A stretch of DNA of 64,000 nucleotides from a bacterium (GCA_965261595.1 CBDHDG010000006.1:160001-224000); one strand, 5' to 3'; shown: positions 20,342-33,704, counted from the first letter of the stretch. The notes: generated by a model not told the origin, from the sequence alone. Numbers and translations are program-made.

Positions 20342-22042
20342 GCGGAGATCCGGACGCCGCGGCGCAAGGCTGACTCTCGGTCTCGTTCTCCTGCTCGCCC
20401 TCCTGCTCCGCGCGTGGCCCCTTTCGATTCCATCGGACGTGAATCCGGACGAAGACAGCAGCGTCACGCGCGCGCTGCGCATGGGCCGCGACAGACTGAA
20501 TCCCCGCTGGTATAAATACCCTCCGCTGTTCCTTTACACATTGTTCGCGACCTACGTCGCCCGGTACGGGTTCGAGAGGGCCACGGGCCAGGTCCCCTCG
20601 GCCCGTGCGTTCGGGGAGCGCTTTTTCTCCGACCCGCTTCCCCTTTTCATTCAAGGGCGTCTCGTATCGGTCCTGTTCGGCGTCCTCGCGGTGTGGGCCC
20701 TTTATCTCCTGGCCCGCCGGCTCTCGCTTTCGCGGCCGGCGGCCGCGGGGGCCGCCCTCTTCCTCGCGGTTTCGCCGCTCCTGGTGCGTCTTTCCCACTT
20801 CGCCCTGACGGACGGCCCGACGGTTCTGCCGTTCATCGCCTCGCTGATTCTGGCCGTCCGGGTCCTCAAAAAAGGCCGGGCCTCGGACGCGTTCTGGGCC
20901 GGGGTTCTGGCCGGTCTGGCAACGGCCGTGAAATATCCCGCCGGCGTTGTCGGGGTGGGCCTGCTGGTCGCGGCCGCCGGACGCGGACAGACAGACGCAC
21001 ACGCCGGACGCCTTGCCGGCTGGGGACTCCTGGGCGGGGTCTCCGCGTTTCTGTTGGCCTGTCCTTGGGCGTTGCTGGACGCGGGCCGTTTCTGGCAATA
21101 CCTCCTCTTTCTTGCAGATCACGTCTCAAAGTCCTGGGGCGGACTCCAGCGGGGCCGGGGGTACGGCCCTACCTGCTGGACTATCTGCCGGGGGCGCTGG
21201 GCTGGCCCATCTATCTGGCCGGCCTCCTGGGTCTTTGGGTCTGGCTCCGGCGAGAGGGATGGCGACCGGCGATCGTGGCCGGACCGGCCATCCTGTTCTG
21301 GCTCGTGATGGGCGCGGCGAAAACCCACTTCCCCCGCTTCGCCCTGGCGATGCTTCCGGTCCTGGCGCTGAGCGCTGCCCGGTGGCTCGATCACATGGCA
21401 TGGCGCCCCAGGCGTCGAGCCGTCCTCCTCGCCGGGGGGATGCTCGTGATGGCGGGTCCGCCGCTGGCCGCATCCGTTGCCTGGGACTTGCGCGCCGCCC
21501 CGCCCGACACGCGGACATTGGCAACCTCCTGGATAGAGCGAAACGTCCCGGCGGGCGCGCGGGTGCTCTCGGAAAACTACGGGCCCCGGCTGGCTTACAC
21601 CCCGGACCGGGCCCGCGAGATCGCCGCGGCCGAGCGGGCCCGCAACCCGAAGTCCGGCGCCAAGTTCGCATACCTGGCGGCCCACCCGCCGGCCCGGCAG
21701 CCGGGTTATCGGTTCGTGACGATCCCCTTGCGCCGGGATAACTTCCATGCGCTGGACGCGGACTGGTACGATCGGGGCCGGGTCGACGCGTCGGGCATCG
21801 AGTGGGTGGTGTTGAGCAGCGCGGTTTATGACCGGTACGCCGGACTCGGGAAAAGGTTTCCCCGGCAGGCCGCTTTCGGCCGGTGGCTGAGCGCGTGTTG
21901 GGAGAAGGCGGCCCGGTTCGGCCCGTTCGAGCCAATCCCGGAAGGGTGGATCGCGCGCCGTCTCGGCCGGCCGGGACCCACGCTTCGCGTCTTTCGGCGC
22001 AAGACGCCGCCCCCGCGGGGGTGTCGAAATGCCGCGCCCTAA
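20325..22042 (+). pseudogene. GT39/PMT-like membrane glycosyltransferase with a single-base frameshift near 21167
   Basis: NPDE and YPPLFLY...KYP motifs in the first frame; the protein continues YLLDYLPGALGW in another frame. One extra C in the CCC at 21167-21169 rejoins them. May be a sequencing error. Confidence 0.7.
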
Positions 22043-22187
22043 AGCGCGGGACTCGGTAAGGACGAGAAGAAGAGAGGCAACGCGCGACGGAAGAATCCGC
22101 TGAGGGGATGGTTCCGCAAAGAGACCTTGAATCCGTGCTGAAATCAGGCGTTTTGATGATACACAAGAACCGCAGGATGCCTAAACA

Positions 22188-23675
22188 GTGGTCATCTCGG
22201 AAATCCCGGTGAGATACCGGCTCTTCCTCTGTGTTTTTCTGCTCTACCTCCCATTTGTGTATTCCACCACATGGTCTGAAAACGATGCGACCCTCAGGCA
22301 GACAATCGCCCTTGTCGATTCGAGGACCATTCAGATCGGTAAACCGGGCCAAATGGATTCAACCGAGAAACACCTTATTCGCTTGTCGCAATTCCGGGTG
22401 GTCGGCGATGGTGTTTACGCCAAGACCTCAGCGGGTCTGAGCTATTTCCTGCGCCTGTGTATTTTGTCCTGAAGCCCCTGTTTCCGCGGAATCAAAGAGA
22501 ACGAATCTTCCTCTTGAATTTTCTCCTCGCGGTATTCGTTGCCGCGCCGCTTGGGGCCCTGACCATCGTTCTGTTCTACGATATCATCCGGACGCGGGGG
22601 TTGACCAAATTCGATTCTCTCTTCTTATCGCTGTGCCTCGCCTTTGCGACAAATCATTTCCCATTTTCCCTTGCGCTCAAGCAGCGGTCCATCGTGGAGT
22701 TTCTGATTATCCTCGTTCTTTGGATACAGCTCGCCCATCATCATGAAAAAAGCGGAATTCAGACTGGAAGGCCGCTGGCGACGGGCATTGTCATCGGCCT
22801 CATCCCAATTACGAATTATTCAGGGATAATCTACTGGCCGGCTCTTTTTCTTTATCTATTCAATCTGTATGGCCGGCGAGAACTGGTAAAAATCGGGTTG
22901 ATCGCCTGTCTGATGCAACTTCCCTTGTTTGCTCAGACTTATGTCGTTTTCGGTCGCCTTGGTTCAAATATATATGATGATGATTTTCCGCTCATGCTCC
23001 ACACTTTTGGGACCTTTGTCATCAAGGCGTTCAATTTGCTACTCAGCCCTACCAAGGAAGCCTTCTATATACTCCTGTTTTGCTGTTGGGTCTATACGGA
23101 CTTGTCCGGGCGCTCAGATCTCCCGCGGGACGCCGCGATCCCGCAATACAGATGATTGCCGTCTGTTTCGTCACCCACTGGATTTTTTCAGTTGGTGGTT
23201 GGGCCCGGCAATTCATTCGGGAGGGGAGGAGATTTCCGGTCGCTTTATGGTTCCGATCATCCCCTTATTGCCCATGGCCGCACCCGGATTCAACGAGGCG
23301 CGCGCGGCGTGGCGCATCTTATTTCTCTTAAGCGCCATCAGCGCCTTTGCAAGTGCGCAGGCCGGAACGATCTACCACGGCGTAATCGCCATTATCTATA
23401 CAATGAAAGTCGCAGTGTCGAGTTGGGGCATGCCAGTGGTCTTCAGTGAATATGTGCCGAGCCTCTTAGGCGTGAGGACATTTCATACCGAGTTGGTCCT
23501 GCCAAGTGTCACCTTTGAAATTCTAACCACCGGAATCGCGGGAATCAGTCTCACGAAACTGTTGTGGAACCAGACGCCGTTCTTTATCCTTTTTCTTATA
23601 TTTCTAATTCCCGGGATTTGGATGTTGCGGGGAATCGTCACGACATTGTGCAAGCCGACTCCTCCGAAGAATTAA
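22188..23675 (+). pseudogene. Polytopic membrane protein (GT-C-like), broken by about three frameshifts
   Basis: Hydrophobic segments pass through successive frames near 22450, 23055 and 23180; AT-richer than its flanks. Confidence 0.5.
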
Positions 23676-23742
23676 TTTCCTCGATATCCCCCCTCCCCCC
23701 TCGCTCGACCCGACTTTCCGTCATAATGGAACGGAAATCGCA

Positions 23743-24956
23743 ATGGTCTTCAGCGCAATGGAGCGTTTCGTGGACGCCAATCACCCCTGGCTGAAAGAGA
23801 TTCATCCGGAACCCCTGATCCGCACCCTGGTGGAGGCCATCCGAATCCCCAGCCCCACCGGCTCGGAACGGGAGATGGGGGAGTACTGCGCCGAGCGGAT
23901 GCGGCGCGCGGGTTTGGAGGTGACGGAGGCCACCCTTCGCCCGGAAAGTCCAAACTTTGTGGGCCGCCTTACCGGAGACCGGCCGGGTCTCTCGCTTTGC
24001 TATCACGCCCACACCGATACGGTCCCCCCCGGCGATCCCGGCACATGGACGAAAGACCCCTTCGCGGGCGTTGTGGAAAACGGCCGCGTCTTCGGCCGCG
24101 GCGCCTCGACGTCAAGCAGGACATCGCCGTCATGCTGGCCGTCGCGGAAATCCTCGCCGAACACCGGGAGCACCTGTCCGGAAGCCTGATCCTGTGTTTC
24201 GCCTCGGGCGAAGAGATCGCGGACCCAGCCGGCACGTAGCACGTCATCGATTCGGGACAGCTCCATGGCGTGGACTTCGCCGTCGTCGGCGAGCAGACCG
24301 AGTGCCGGGTGGGCGTCGCCCACCGCGGGGGCCTCCACCTGGGGGTGACGGTGAAGGGCGAGTCGGCCCACAGCAGCATCGCCGATCGGGCCGGCGTCAA
24401 CGCCATCTACAAAATGAGCCGGGTCATCGAGACCATCCGGACGCGGTACCTGCCTGATCTCGCCGGAAGGAGCCACCACCCCTACCTGCCGGCCCCCACC
24501 GCTAACGTGGCCATCATCCAGGGAGGCGTGAAGCCCAACATGGTCCCGGATCGGTGCGAAATGGTCATGGGCAGGCGAACGCTCCCCCATGAGACGCCCG
24601 AACAGGTGAGAGAGGAGGTGGAAGCGATTTTGGCGGACCTGCGGCGGGAGGACCCTGAATTGGACGTTGAGGTCGAAATCACGAAAGTCATGGCGCCCTT
24701 CGAGACGGATCCCGGGAACCCGCACGTCCGGTCCCTGCTCCGGGCGGCCTCCGCGGTCCTTGGCGACCCGCAGGAGCCCATGGGCTACGTGGCCGGAACG
24801 GACGCGCGTCTCTTCCCCCCCGCCGGAATCCCCGCCGTGGTCTTCGGCCCCGGAGAGTTTTCCCAGGCGCATACGGCCGACGAATCGGTCTCCATCGATC
24901 AGGTCGTTCAGGCGACCCGGATCCTCGCGCTTCTGGCCGCGGACCTCCTCGAATAA
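23743..24956 (+). pseudogene. M20 family (ArgE/DapE-like) metallopeptidase/deacylase, disrupted
   Basis: HTDTVP, GRGAS-DVK (frameshift at about 24106), GEE, GEQT, GTDA and AHTADE motifs; in-frame TAG at 24237-24239. Confidence 0.8.
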
Positions 24957-25134
24957 CCGAAACCCCGGCCCCCCCTCTCCTCACGCTCACCCTCCCCCTC
25001 CCTCCCGGACGGGAACGCCGCCTCGCCGAAAAACGCCGACCCGCGCACCCTCGAATCCCGCCCGAGGAAGTTCCAAGGCGCTCCCCCGCAGCGTGATAGA
25101 ATTCCGGGAGAATTCAATCAAGAGGAGGGTGACA

Positions 25135-26619
25135 TTGACGACTGCGGGCGATCATCCAGAGCGGGGGGTCTGGGGAAGCCGCCTGGGCTTTCTCCTGGCG
25201 GCCATCGGTTCCGCCGTGGGTTTGGGCAACATCTGGCGCTTCCCTTACATGGCTTACAGCAATTGAGGCGGGGCATTCCTGATCCCGTATGCCGTGGCCT
25301 TCCTCACCGTGGGTCTTCCCTTGTTGCTCTTGGAGTTCGGTCTCGGTCACCGCACGGGCAAGAGCGCCCCTTTGGCGATGGCCGAATCGGGCAAAGGTTG
25401 GGAGTGGGTCGGCTGGTGGGCGTTGTTCATCGGGATGTTCGGCGTCAACCCCTACTATTGCGTCATCATCGGATGGACGGTGGATTACTTTGTGTACGCC
25501 ATCGGGCTGGCCTGGGGCGCCGAGCCGGGGACATTTTTCTTCAAGGAATTTCTGGGGCAGACCTCCGGGCCGGGGGACCTCGGCGGCTTCCGCTGGCCCA
25601 TCCTGCTCGGGACCTTCCTGGTGTGGGGGACCACCTGGGGCGTGACCCGCCAGGAAGTCCGCCGGGGCATCGAGCTTGCGAACAAGATCATGATCCCGAC
25701 GCTTTTCCTGCTCATCATCGTCCTGGTCTTTTGGAGCCTGACGCTCGAAGGCGCGGGGGCCGGCATCCGGGCGTACCTCACCCCGGACTTCGCCGCCCTC
25801 AAACGTCCCCGCGTCTGGGTGGACGCCTACGCCCAGATCTTCTTGAGCATGAGTCTGGGGTTCGGAATCATGATCGCCTTCGCCAGCTACCTCCCCCGGG
25901 AGTCCCCCGTCGGCCGCTCCGCCGTGACCGTCGGGCTGGCGGACGGCGTGTTCGCGGTCTTCGCCGGCTTCGCCATCTTCGCCACGCTCGGCTACATGTC
26001 CCAGGTCGTCGGCAAACCCGTCGGCGAGGTCGTCACCCAAAGCATCGGTCTGGCCTTCGTCGTCTACCCCGAGGCCATCAACAAACTGCCGGCCATGCGG
26101 CCGCTGTTCGGGGCGATCTTCTTTTTGGCCCTCGCCCTCGCGGGAATCAGCTCGGCCATCTCCCTGACCGAGGCCTTCGTAGCGGCCCTGGTCGACAAGT
26201 TCCGGATGGACCGCCGGCGGGCGGTGACGATCCTCTGCTCCGCCGGCTTCGCGTTGAGCCTGGTGTTCACCACGGGAGGAGGCCTGTTCTGGCTGGACAT
26301 CGTGGATCACTTCATCACCCACTACGGGATGGTGACGATCGGCGTCCTGGAGGCCGTATTCGTCGGCTACATCCTCAAACCCCGATTCATCCGCGATCAC
26401 CTGAACCAACACCGGAAATTCCGCCTGACCGGCCGGTGGGATCTGGCGGTGATGGTCTTGATTCCCCTCATTCTCATCCTGGTCATCGGCTTGGATCTGT
26501 TAGAGGAATTGCGCGGCCCCTATGGAAACTATCCGTGGACGGCGATCCTTTTCCTCGGTTGGGGTTGGCTGGCCGTCCTCGCGGGGGGGGCCGCCTGGAT
26601 GAGCCGACAGAATGGATGA
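25135..26619 (+). pseudogene. NSS (LeuT-like) sodium-dependent transporter with an in-frame TGA
   Basis: [25 protein letters not shown] signature; TGA at 25264-25266 replaces the first Gly of the conserved NGGGAFLIPY. Confidence 0.85.
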
Positions 26620-26887
26620 GTAAAGGTCGGGGGAGGCGCACGCCCGCGAATAGAGGGAAGGATCCTCTCCTTCCCTTGGAAATCCTTCAATAATTTGTAA
26701 CAGGATATTTTCGGCCGGAAGTGCAAATTCGGCTTGAAGCCGGGTCTATTCTCCTGAATAGTCTAATACCTGCGATGGAATCCTGGTGACCGGATGCACA
26801 TTCGCAGGCTCTCAATCCGCGTTCAGGCTCGCTGGGCCGGATGGATGAACCCGCCGGCGTCAAGATTGAGCATAGGAGGACAGGAAG

Positions 26888-27649
26888 GTGCGCAAGGCCC
26901 TCGTGAGGCGTATGAGCGGGCGTTTCCTGGGTCCGACTATCGGCCTGTTGATTCTAGGGGGGTGGATCGGCTTCTCGCTCGCGGACGAGTCCAAGGATGC
27001 CCGGATCACCGGCAAGGTTGAAATCCTGGTCCGCGGGTTCTTGAGCTCAAGTCCGCGGGCGGACGCCAGTGGGGTCGTGATCTGGCTGGAGCGAGTCGCC
27101 CCGGCCGGCGAAGGGACGCCCTCCTTAAAGCCGGGCGTGTCCACCCTCCTTCAGCGGAAGAAGACGTTCCTGCCCCACACCCTGACCATTCCGGTCGGCG
27201 AGAAGGTGATTTTCCCGAATCAGGACGACATCTTTCACAATGTGTTCTCCCTCTCAGCCGTTCAGCCGTTCGATCTGGGGCTTTATAAGTTGGGGAAGGT
27301 CCCCGAGCTCATATTCCGCAAACCCGGTGTTTGGCGGATCTACTGCAACATTCACTCGGAAATGTTCGCCTTCATCTACGTGTTCGACCAGCCGAGATTT
27401 GCCGCATCGAAAAAAGACGGCACGTTTGAGATCCGAGCGGTTCAGCCGGGCCGGCGCCGTGTGATGTATTCTTACCGGGCGAGTCCCGCCCAACTCCTCA
27501 AAACCATCGACATCGAGGCCGCCGCCCGAAAAAATTTGGAATTTCGGATCAATGCCTCCAAATTTCAGCTACAAGCCCATCTGAATAAGTTCGGGGCCCC
27601 CTACAAGGCGGTCACTTATAAGGAGGAAACTGGGACAGGTCCATTCTGA
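26888..27649 (+). CDS. Secreted cupredoxin-like/carboxypeptidase-regulatory-domain protein
   Basis: Signal-like N-terminus; FPNQDDIFHNVFS and YCNIHSEM (H, C, H, M copper-site pattern); AGGAGG RBS. Confidence 0.7.
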   Translation: MRKALVRRMSGRFLGPTIGLLILGGWIGFSLADESKDARITGKVEILVRGFLSSSPRADASGVVIWLERVAPAGEGTPSLKPGVSTLLQRKKTFLPHTLTIPVGEKVIFPNQDDIFHNVFSLSAVQPFDLGLYKLGKVPELIFRKPGVWRIYCNIHSEMFAFIYVFDQPRFAASKKDGTFEIRAVQPGRRRVMYSYRASPAQLLKTIDIEAAARKNLEFRINASKFQLQAHLNKFGAPYKAVTYKEETGTGPF

Positions 27650-27669
27650 CCCCCAGTTCAGCTTTCGCG

Positions 27670-29568
27670 ATGCGCCTGACCCTTCGAAAAAAAATCTTCT
27701 CCTATACGGCCGTTTTGATCGCCGGCGCGATTGCGATCATCTTCCTGATCCTGGGCCGCGGGATCGAAACCGACCTCCGCCGATTCGCCGAGGAGGATCT
27801 GATCAAGACACGTTCGGTCTTCCATGAATTGGAAAAAGCGCGCTTCGACCGCCTCGTCTCCCTCGCCAACGTCATCGCCGATGTCCCCGTCCTCAAAGCG
27901 GTGGTCACCACGGGGGACCCGGCCACCGTCGCCGAGGCGGCCCTCACTTATCAAAAAACCGCCCGAAGCGACTTGTTGATTATCACCGACCGGACCGGCC
28001 GGGTCCTGGCGAGAACCCACAACCCGTCCCAATATGGAGATTCCCTACGCGACAATCCCCACGTCTCCAACGCGCTGAAAGGAGAGGTGGTCGTGGGGAC
28101 CCTCTTTCAAGGCGACTCGCTGTACCAGACGGTCGCCAGGCCCTTGACCCTCAGAGATCAGCTCCTGGGCGCGATTGTCCTGGGCTTCCGCGTCGGTGAC
28201 CCGCTGACCACGGAGCTTCACAAGATGACGGGGACCGAAGTCACCTTCTTTTTGGGCCCCCGAATCCTGGCCACTTCTCTTCAGTCTGAGAAAAAGACGG
28301 AGTTGGCCCGACTCCTGAAGCGCGGTCTCCGCAAGGCGGGAAAATCCTACGCGGGGCCCATCGCCGCGAAGCCATTCGAATTGACCCTGTCGGGAGAGCC
28401 TTTCCTGGTCCTGTTGGATAAGGTCACCGAATCCGGGACCGGGAAGCCGGTCATCCTGAGCATCATGAAGTCCCTGCGTCCATCGATGGCCGTCCGCAAC
28501 AGCCTCGGAAAGAAACTTCTATGGATGGGCCTGGCCTTCCTGGTCACCGCGATGGGGATCGCGTTTTTCCTGTCCCGGACGATCACGGGTTCCCTGCGCT
28601 CCCTCCTTCAGGGAACGCGCCGGATTTCGGCCGGGAACCTGAATCAACCCATCGAGACCGACAGCCGGGACGAGATCGGTGAGCTGGCCCGCTCATTCAA
28701 CCGGATGATGGATGACCTCAAGGCCTCCAGGGCCCAGGTGGAGGACTACAGCCGACACCTGGAATCCAAGGTTGAAGATGCGATGGACCGCCTCCGTGAA
28801 AGCCAGCACATCATCCTACGCTCGGAAAAGCTGGCGACCATCGGGAAACTGGCCTCGGGCGTGGCCCATGAGGTCCTGAATCCCGTGAACATCATCGGGA
28901 TGCACTCCCAATCCTGGCTGCGGGACGCCAATATTGAACCCAGACTCCGCAAGAGCTTCGAGGTGATCGATGAGCAGGTCCACCGTACGGCGCGCATCAC
29001 CGACGGACTCAGGCGCTTCTCCCGGCAAACCGAGCCCGAGCGAAACCGGATTGATCTGCATGACCTTCTGTCGGAAACCCTTCACCTGGTGGCCCACGAA
29101 CTTCGTCTCCAGAAAATCGAGGTCGTGCAAGACCTGGAATCCAACCTTCCGGAGGTTCTCGGCGACAAGGACCAGTTGGCGCAGGTCTTTCTGAACCTGT
29201 TCACCAACGCTCGGGACGCCATGCCCAACGGGGGCCGGCTCAGCTTGCGCGGCCGATGCGGAAGCCACGACGGCCTGAGGGCCGCCGGCGTCCACAGGGG
29301 CGGCGCCGGACTCGGCGAAAAGGGATTGGAGAACGGAGACAACCGAACGGTTGTCATCTCGGTGGAAGACACCGGAGAGGGCATCCCCGAGGAGATGCTC
29401 TCGAAGATCTTCGATCCTTTTTTCACGACCAAGCCGGTGGACAAAGGAACCGGTCTGGGCCTGTCCATCTCTCACAGCATCATCGGGGCCCACAACGGGG
29501 AAATCCAAGTCCAAAGCCGGATCGACGAGGGAACCGTCATCTCGGTGTGGTTGCCGGTGGGAGAATAG
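27670..29568 (+). CDS. Membrane sensor histidine kinase (Cache-like, HAMP, HisKA, HATPase)
   Basis: [17 protein letters not shown]-box [10 protein letters not shown]-box NARDAM, G-boxes DTGEGI and GTGLGL. Confidence 0.93.
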   Translation: MRLTLRKKIFSYTAVLIAGAIAIIFLILGRGIETDLRRFAEEDLIKTRSVFHELEKARFDRLVSLANVIADVPVLKAVVTTGDPATVAEAALTYQKTARSDLLIITDRTGRVLARTHNPSQYGDSLRDNPHVSNALKGEVVVGTLFQGDSLYQTVARPLTLRDQLLGAIVLGFRVGDPLTTELHKMTGTEVTFFLGPRILATSLQSEKKTELARLLKRGLRKAGKSYAGPIAAKPFELTLSGEPFLVLLDKVTESGTGKPVILSIMKSLRPSMAVRNSLGKKLLWMGLAFLVTAMGIAFFLSRTITGSLRSLLQGTRRISAGNLNQPIETDSRDEIGELARSFNRMMDDLKASRAQVEDYSRHLESKVEDAMDRLRESQHIILRSEKLATIGKLASGVAHEVLNPVNIIGMHSQSWLRDANIEPRLRKSFEVIDEQVHRTARITDGLRRFSRQTEPERNRIDLHDLLSETLHLVAHELRLQKIEVVQDLESNLPEVLGDKDQLAQVFLNLFTNARDAMPNGGRLSLRGRCGSHDGLRAAGVHRGGAGLGEKGLENGDNRTVVISVEDTGEGIPEEMLSKIFDPFFTTKPVDKGTGLGLSISHSIIGAHNGEIQVQSRIDEGTVISVWLPVGE

Positions 29569-29704
29569 AATGGCCGCAATCCATTGATGGGGCCGATGAG
29601 GCTTAAATCGTCAGGTTTTTGAACATACGGATCAACCCAAATAAGCCGGATGGGCCGCTCACGCATTCACTCGGGCAAAAAGAAAAGTTTTAAGGGGAAA
29701 CCGG

Positions 29705-30073
29705 ATGGCAAAGATCCTGGTGGTGGACGATGAAGTCCAGGCAGTAAATTTTCTGAAAGAGGAGTTGAAGCGGTGGGATCATCACGTCATCACCGCCCGG
29801 AACGGTCCCGAGGCCCTCGCGCTGATTGACACCGAGCAACCCAACCTGATGCTGATGGATATCCGCATGCCCGGCCAGAACGGCATTGAGGTTTTGCGGG
29901 AAGCCAAGGCCAAGGACCCGGAGCTGAGCGTGATTATGGTCACGGCGGTGACGGAGAAAAACATCGCGAAGGCGGCGTTGGAATCGGGGGCCGACGATTA
30001 CGTGACCAAACCCATCGACCTGGATTACCTCCAGACCACCATCCTGGTCGAGCTCACAACGCGTATGCACTAG
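29705..30073 (+). CDS. Single-domain response regulator
   Basis: ILVVDDE, MDIRMP, MVTA and TKP motifs. Confidence 0.92.
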   Translation: MAKILVVDDEVQAVNFLKEELKRWDHHVITARNGPEALALIDTEQPNLMLMDIRMPGQNGIEVLREAKAKDPELSVIMVTAVTEKNIAKAALESGADDYVTKPIDLDYLQTTILVELTTRMH

Positions 30074-30284
30074 ACGCGCAAATCGCCCGACGGACCCCGT
30101 CTTCGCTCAGTCCGACCCGGGTTCCGCCATCCGGTTCTTCGGCAATCCGGCCCGGACCCTTGGCCGCCGCTATCGCGGCCCACGCCGCATTGACACCCAC
30201 CCGAACCCCATAGGAAAATCAACCTCGCCGCCCGGTGACCGTCGAATTCGGCGGGACCCCCATCCCCTCTTTGGACGCATCCCG

Positions 30285-31718
30285 ATGAACAAGAACCGGC
30301 AGGACAAGCTTCGCGCCCTTCCCTCCGTGGACGAGGTGCTCCAGGCCCTTCGCCGGATATCCCCGAACGGTCTCCCGGCCGAAACCGCAACGGATTGCGT
30401 CCGGGAGAGCTTGGCCAGCCTGCGCCGTCAAATTCTGGAAACGGACGACACCGAGGCCGCGGACGCCCTGGACATCACAACGGACGCCGTCGCCCGCCAC
30501 GCCCTCCTCGCGCTGGACCGGGCCCTCGCCCCCGGAATTCGCCGCGTGGTCAACGCCACCGGCGTCATCCTTCACACCAACCTCGGCCGCGCCCCCCTGG
30601 GCCGGGAGATTCTCGGCGAAGTCGCCGCCGCCGCCGCCGGGTACCTCAATCTCGAATACAACCTGGCGGACGGGAAGCGCGGAAAACGAGAGGCGCCCGT
30701 CGAGGGGCTGCTTCAGCGGCTCATCGGCGCGGAGGCCGCGGGCGTCGCCAACAACAACGCCGCCGCCGTCCTCCTCTGTCTCTCCGCCCTGGCGGCTGGA
30801 AAAGAAGTCGTCCTCTCCCGGGGGGAGCTGGTCGAGATCGGCGGGGGATTCCGCATCCCCGAGGTCATGCGACAGAGCGGCGCCTTGCTTCGCGAGGTCG
30901 GGACGACGAACAAGACCCGCTTCGAAGACTACGCCGGCGCCGTCGGTGAAAACACGGCCCTGCTCCTGAAGGTGCACACCAGCAACTACCGGATTCTCGG
31001 CTTCACCGAGGAGGTCTCCCTCCCCGACTTGGTCCGCCTGGGCCGGGAGCGAAACGTGCCGGTCATGGTGGACCTGGGCAGCGGCTGTCTCATCGACCTT
31101 CGCCGCCACCGGATGACCCCCGAGCCGACGCCGGCGGAGCTCTTGGCCCAGGGCGCCGATCTCGTCACTTTCAGCGGGGACAAGCTCCTCGGCGGCCCCC
31201 AGGCGGGCCTGTTCGCCGGCCGGCGCGAGATGGTCGAGCGGGCGCGCCGACATCCGTTGATGCGCGCCCTCCGGCTCGACAAGCTCTCCCTGGCCATCCT
31301 GGAACGAACGCTCCTCGCCCACCTCGACCCGGACTCCCTGCCCGAAAGGGTCCCCGCCATCGGGTTGCTGCTGGCGCCGGAGACCGAGGTGCGCGGCCGG
31401 GCGGAAGGGCTCCTGTCGCGCCTGTCCGACCCGGCCCGAGACCGGCTGCGCCCCGAGGTGATTGCCGGCGCCTCCCGGGCGGGCGGGGGGACGCTGCCGA
31501 CCGAAGAGATCCCCACCGCCTTGATCCGCCTTCCCCGGAACGCGCCCCGCGGCCTGAGTCCCGAAGAGATGGAAGGGCGGCTCCGGACGGGTGAGCCGCC
31601 CATCATCGGCCGGATCCAGGACGACGCGCTCCTGCTGGATCTTCGGACCGTCTTCCCGGACGAAGAGGCCCACGTCCAAACCGCCCTCGAGGCCCTGGCG
31701 CAAGAACCCGCCCCTTGA
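30285..31718 (+). CDS. selA: L-seryl-tRNA(Sec) selenium transferase
   Basis: [36 protein letters not shown] and PLP-lysine [13 protein letters not shown] motifs. Confidence 0.96.
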   Translation: MNKNRQDKLRALPSVDEVLQALRRISPNGLPAETATDCVRESLASLRRQILETDDTEAADALDITTDAVARHALLALDRALAPGIRRVVNATGVILHTNLGRAPLGREILGEVAAAAAGYLNLEYNLADGKRGKREAPVEGLLQRLIGAEAAGVANNNAAAVLLCLSALAAGKEVVLSRGELVEIGGGFRIPEVMRQSGALLREVGTTNKTRFEDYAGAVGENTALLLKVHTSNYRILGFTEEVSLPDLVRLGRERNVPVMVDLGSGCLIDLRRHRMTPEPTPAELLAQGADLVTFSGDKLLGGPQAGLFAGRREMVERARRHPLMRALRLDKLSLAILERTLLAHLDPDSLPERVPAIGLLLAPETEVRGRAEGLLSRLSDPARDRLRPEVIAGASRAGGGTLPTEEIPTALIRLPRNAPRGLSPEEMEGRLRTGEPPIIGRIQDDALLLDLRTVFPDEEAHVQTALEALAQEPAP

Positions 31719-31790
31719 AGGCGCCGCCGCCCCGTGTGGCCACCCGCCTTGAGCCCGCCCCGGGTCGCCACCCGTACGACGGAGAGTCCA

Positions 31791-33692
31791 TTGAAGCAAG
31801 TCGTCCTCGGAACCGCCGGCCACATCGACCACGGAAAGACCGCCCTCGTCAAGGCCCTCACCGGCGTGGACACCGACCGGTTGAAGGAGGAGAAGGAGCG
31901 CGGCATCACCATCGACCTCGGCTTCGCGTCCCTGGAGCTGCCGGGCGACATCCGGGTCGGCGTGATCGATGTCCCCGGCCACGAGCGCTTCGTCCGCAAC
32001 ATGCTGGCCGGCGCGGGGGGGATAGACCTGGTGATGCTGGTCATCGCGGCCGATGAAGGCGTGATGCCCCAAACCCGCGAACACCTTGCCATCTGCCGCC
32101 TCCTGGAAATCCAGGACGGGATCGTCGCCCTCACCAAAAAGGACCTGGTCGACCCGGAGTGGCTGGAGCTGGTCACCGACGATGTCCGGGATTTCCTGGG
32201 CGGGACCTTCCTGGAGGGTAAGCCGATCATCCCGGTTTCCTCCCGGACGGGCGAAGGCATGGAGGAGATCCGCGCGGCCCTGGCCGACCGCGCCGCGAAC
32301 GTGTCGAACAAAAACGCCGACGGTCCGTTGCGTCTGCCCATCGACCGGGTTTTCACGATGCGGGGATTCGGCGTGGTCGTCACCGGGACCCTGTTCTCCG
32401 GCCGGGTCCACCTGGAGGGGCGCGTCACCCTTCAGCCCAAAAACGTCACGGCCCGCGTTCGTGGGCTTCAGGTCCACGGTGAAAGTCTGCAACAGGCCAC
32501 GGCCGGGCAGCGGACGGCCGTCAACCTTCAGGGCCTGGAAAAGGAAACCATCGAACGGGGCGATGTCCTGGCCGCGCCCGACAGCCTGAAACCTTCCTAC
32601 ATGCTGGACGCCGCCCTCCACCACTTGGCCGACGCCCCGCGGCCCCTCAAGAACCGGGACCGGATCCGCTTCCATCAAGGCGCCGTCGAGGCCATCGGGC
32701 GCGTGGCCCTCATCGGGACCGACGCCCTTCCGCCCGGAGAGAAGGGGTTCGTCCAGTTCCGTCTGGAACGGCCCGTCGTGGTGCGGCCGGGCGACCGATT
32801 CGTCATCCGTGCCTACTCGCCCGTCACCACCATCAGCGGAGGGAAGATCCTCGACAGCCATCCCCCGAAACACCGCCGCCTCCGCCCGGAGACAACACGC
32901 CGGTTCGAGACGCTGGCGGAAGCGGAAGACCCGGCCCGGGCCGCTTTGTTCCTCAAAGAGGCCGGGGGCAAGGGCCTGGCCTTTCCCGATCTCTTCCCGC
33001 GCACCTCCGCCGGCCGCAAGGAGCTCATGGAGATCCTCGAGGCCTTCCACCGCGGCGGCACGGCCGAGTGGGTCGACGCCCAGGCGGGCTGGGCCGTTCA
33101 CCATGAGGCCCTGGAAGGGCTGGAGTCCGAGATCAAGGAGCTCCTGGAAAAGTTCCACCAGGAGAATCCCCTTCGTCCCGGGATCCCCAAGGAGGAGCTG
33201 CGAAGCCGATTCCCCGGCCTGCCGGAGAAGGTGTTCGGCATCCTGATCAGGCGAATGGAGGGCAAGGAAGTCGCAACCGAGGGCGACGCGGTCAGGCTCG
33301 CAACCCACAAGGTGAGCTTGGGGGCCGACCAGAGCGAGCTCCGCGAGAAGATCGAACGGTCCTACCGGGAATCCGGCTATCAACCGCCCCGGATCGGCGA
33401 GGTGTGCGACGCGCTCGGGATCTCCCGCAAGCAGGACCGCGAGATCGTTCAGGTCCTGGTGGGCGAAGGCGTCCTGGTCCGGGTCCAGGACGATATCCTC
33501 TATCACCGGGAAAATATCGAGAAGATCAAGAAGACCCTCGCCGGCCATCTGAACGAAAAGGGCGAGATCTCGGCCTCGGGATTCCGGGACCTGCTCGGGA
33601 TTACGCGCAAGCACGCGATCCCGCTGCTGGAACACCTGGACTCGACCCGGTTCACGATGCGCGTCGGCGACAACCGCGTCCTGCGAAAATAG
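31791..33692 (+). CDS. selB: Selenocysteine-specific elongation factor
   Basis: [19 protein letters not shown] and C-terminal winged-helix [16 protein letters not shown] start after GGAGAG. Confidence 0.96.
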   Translation: MKQVVLGTAGHIDHGKTALVKALTGVDTDRLKEEKERGITIDLGFASLELPGDIRVGVIDVPGHERFVRNMLAGAGGIDLVMLVIAADEGVMPQTREHLAICRLLEIQDGIVALTKKDLVDPEWLELVTDDVRDFLGGTFLEGKPIIPVSSRTGEGMEEIRAALADRAANVSNKNADGPLRLPIDRVFTMRGFGVVVTGTLFSGRVHLEGRVTLQPKNVTARVRGLQVHGESLQQATAGQRTAVNLQGLEKETIERGDVLAAPDSLKPSYMLDAALHHLADAPRPLKNRDRIRFHQGAVEAIGRVALIGTDALPPGEKGFVQFRLERPVVVRPGDRFVIRAYSPVTTISGGKILDSHPPKHRRLRPETTRRFETLAEAEDPARAALFLKEAGGKGLAFPDLFPRTSAGRKELMEILEAFHRGGTAEWVDAQAGWAVHHEALEGLESEIKELLEKFHQENPLRPGIPKEELRSRFPGLPEKVFGILIRRMEGKEVATEGDAVRLATHKVSLGADQSELREKIERSYRESGYQPPRIGEVCDALGISRKQDREIVQVLVGEGVLVRVQDDILYHRENIEKIKKTLAGHLNEKGEISASGFRDLLGITRKHAIPLLEHLDSTRFTMRVGDNRVLRK

Positions 33693-33704
33693 AACGACAA
33701 AGTC

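Noticed and set aside
24237..24239. In-frame TAG in the M20 gene as pyrrolysine
   Set aside because: The gene also has an upstream frameshift, the position is non-catalytic and no pyl genes are in the window.
25264..25266. In-frame TGA in the NSS transporter as selenocysteine or recoded Gly
   Set aside because: It aligns to a conserved Gly (a single GGA-to-TGA change), there is no GCNGC hairpin after an 11-nt spacer, and TGA terminates many normal genes in this window.
30074..30284. tRNA-Sec (selC) expected near selAB
   Set aside because: I found no cloverleaf with a TCA anticodon here or after selB.
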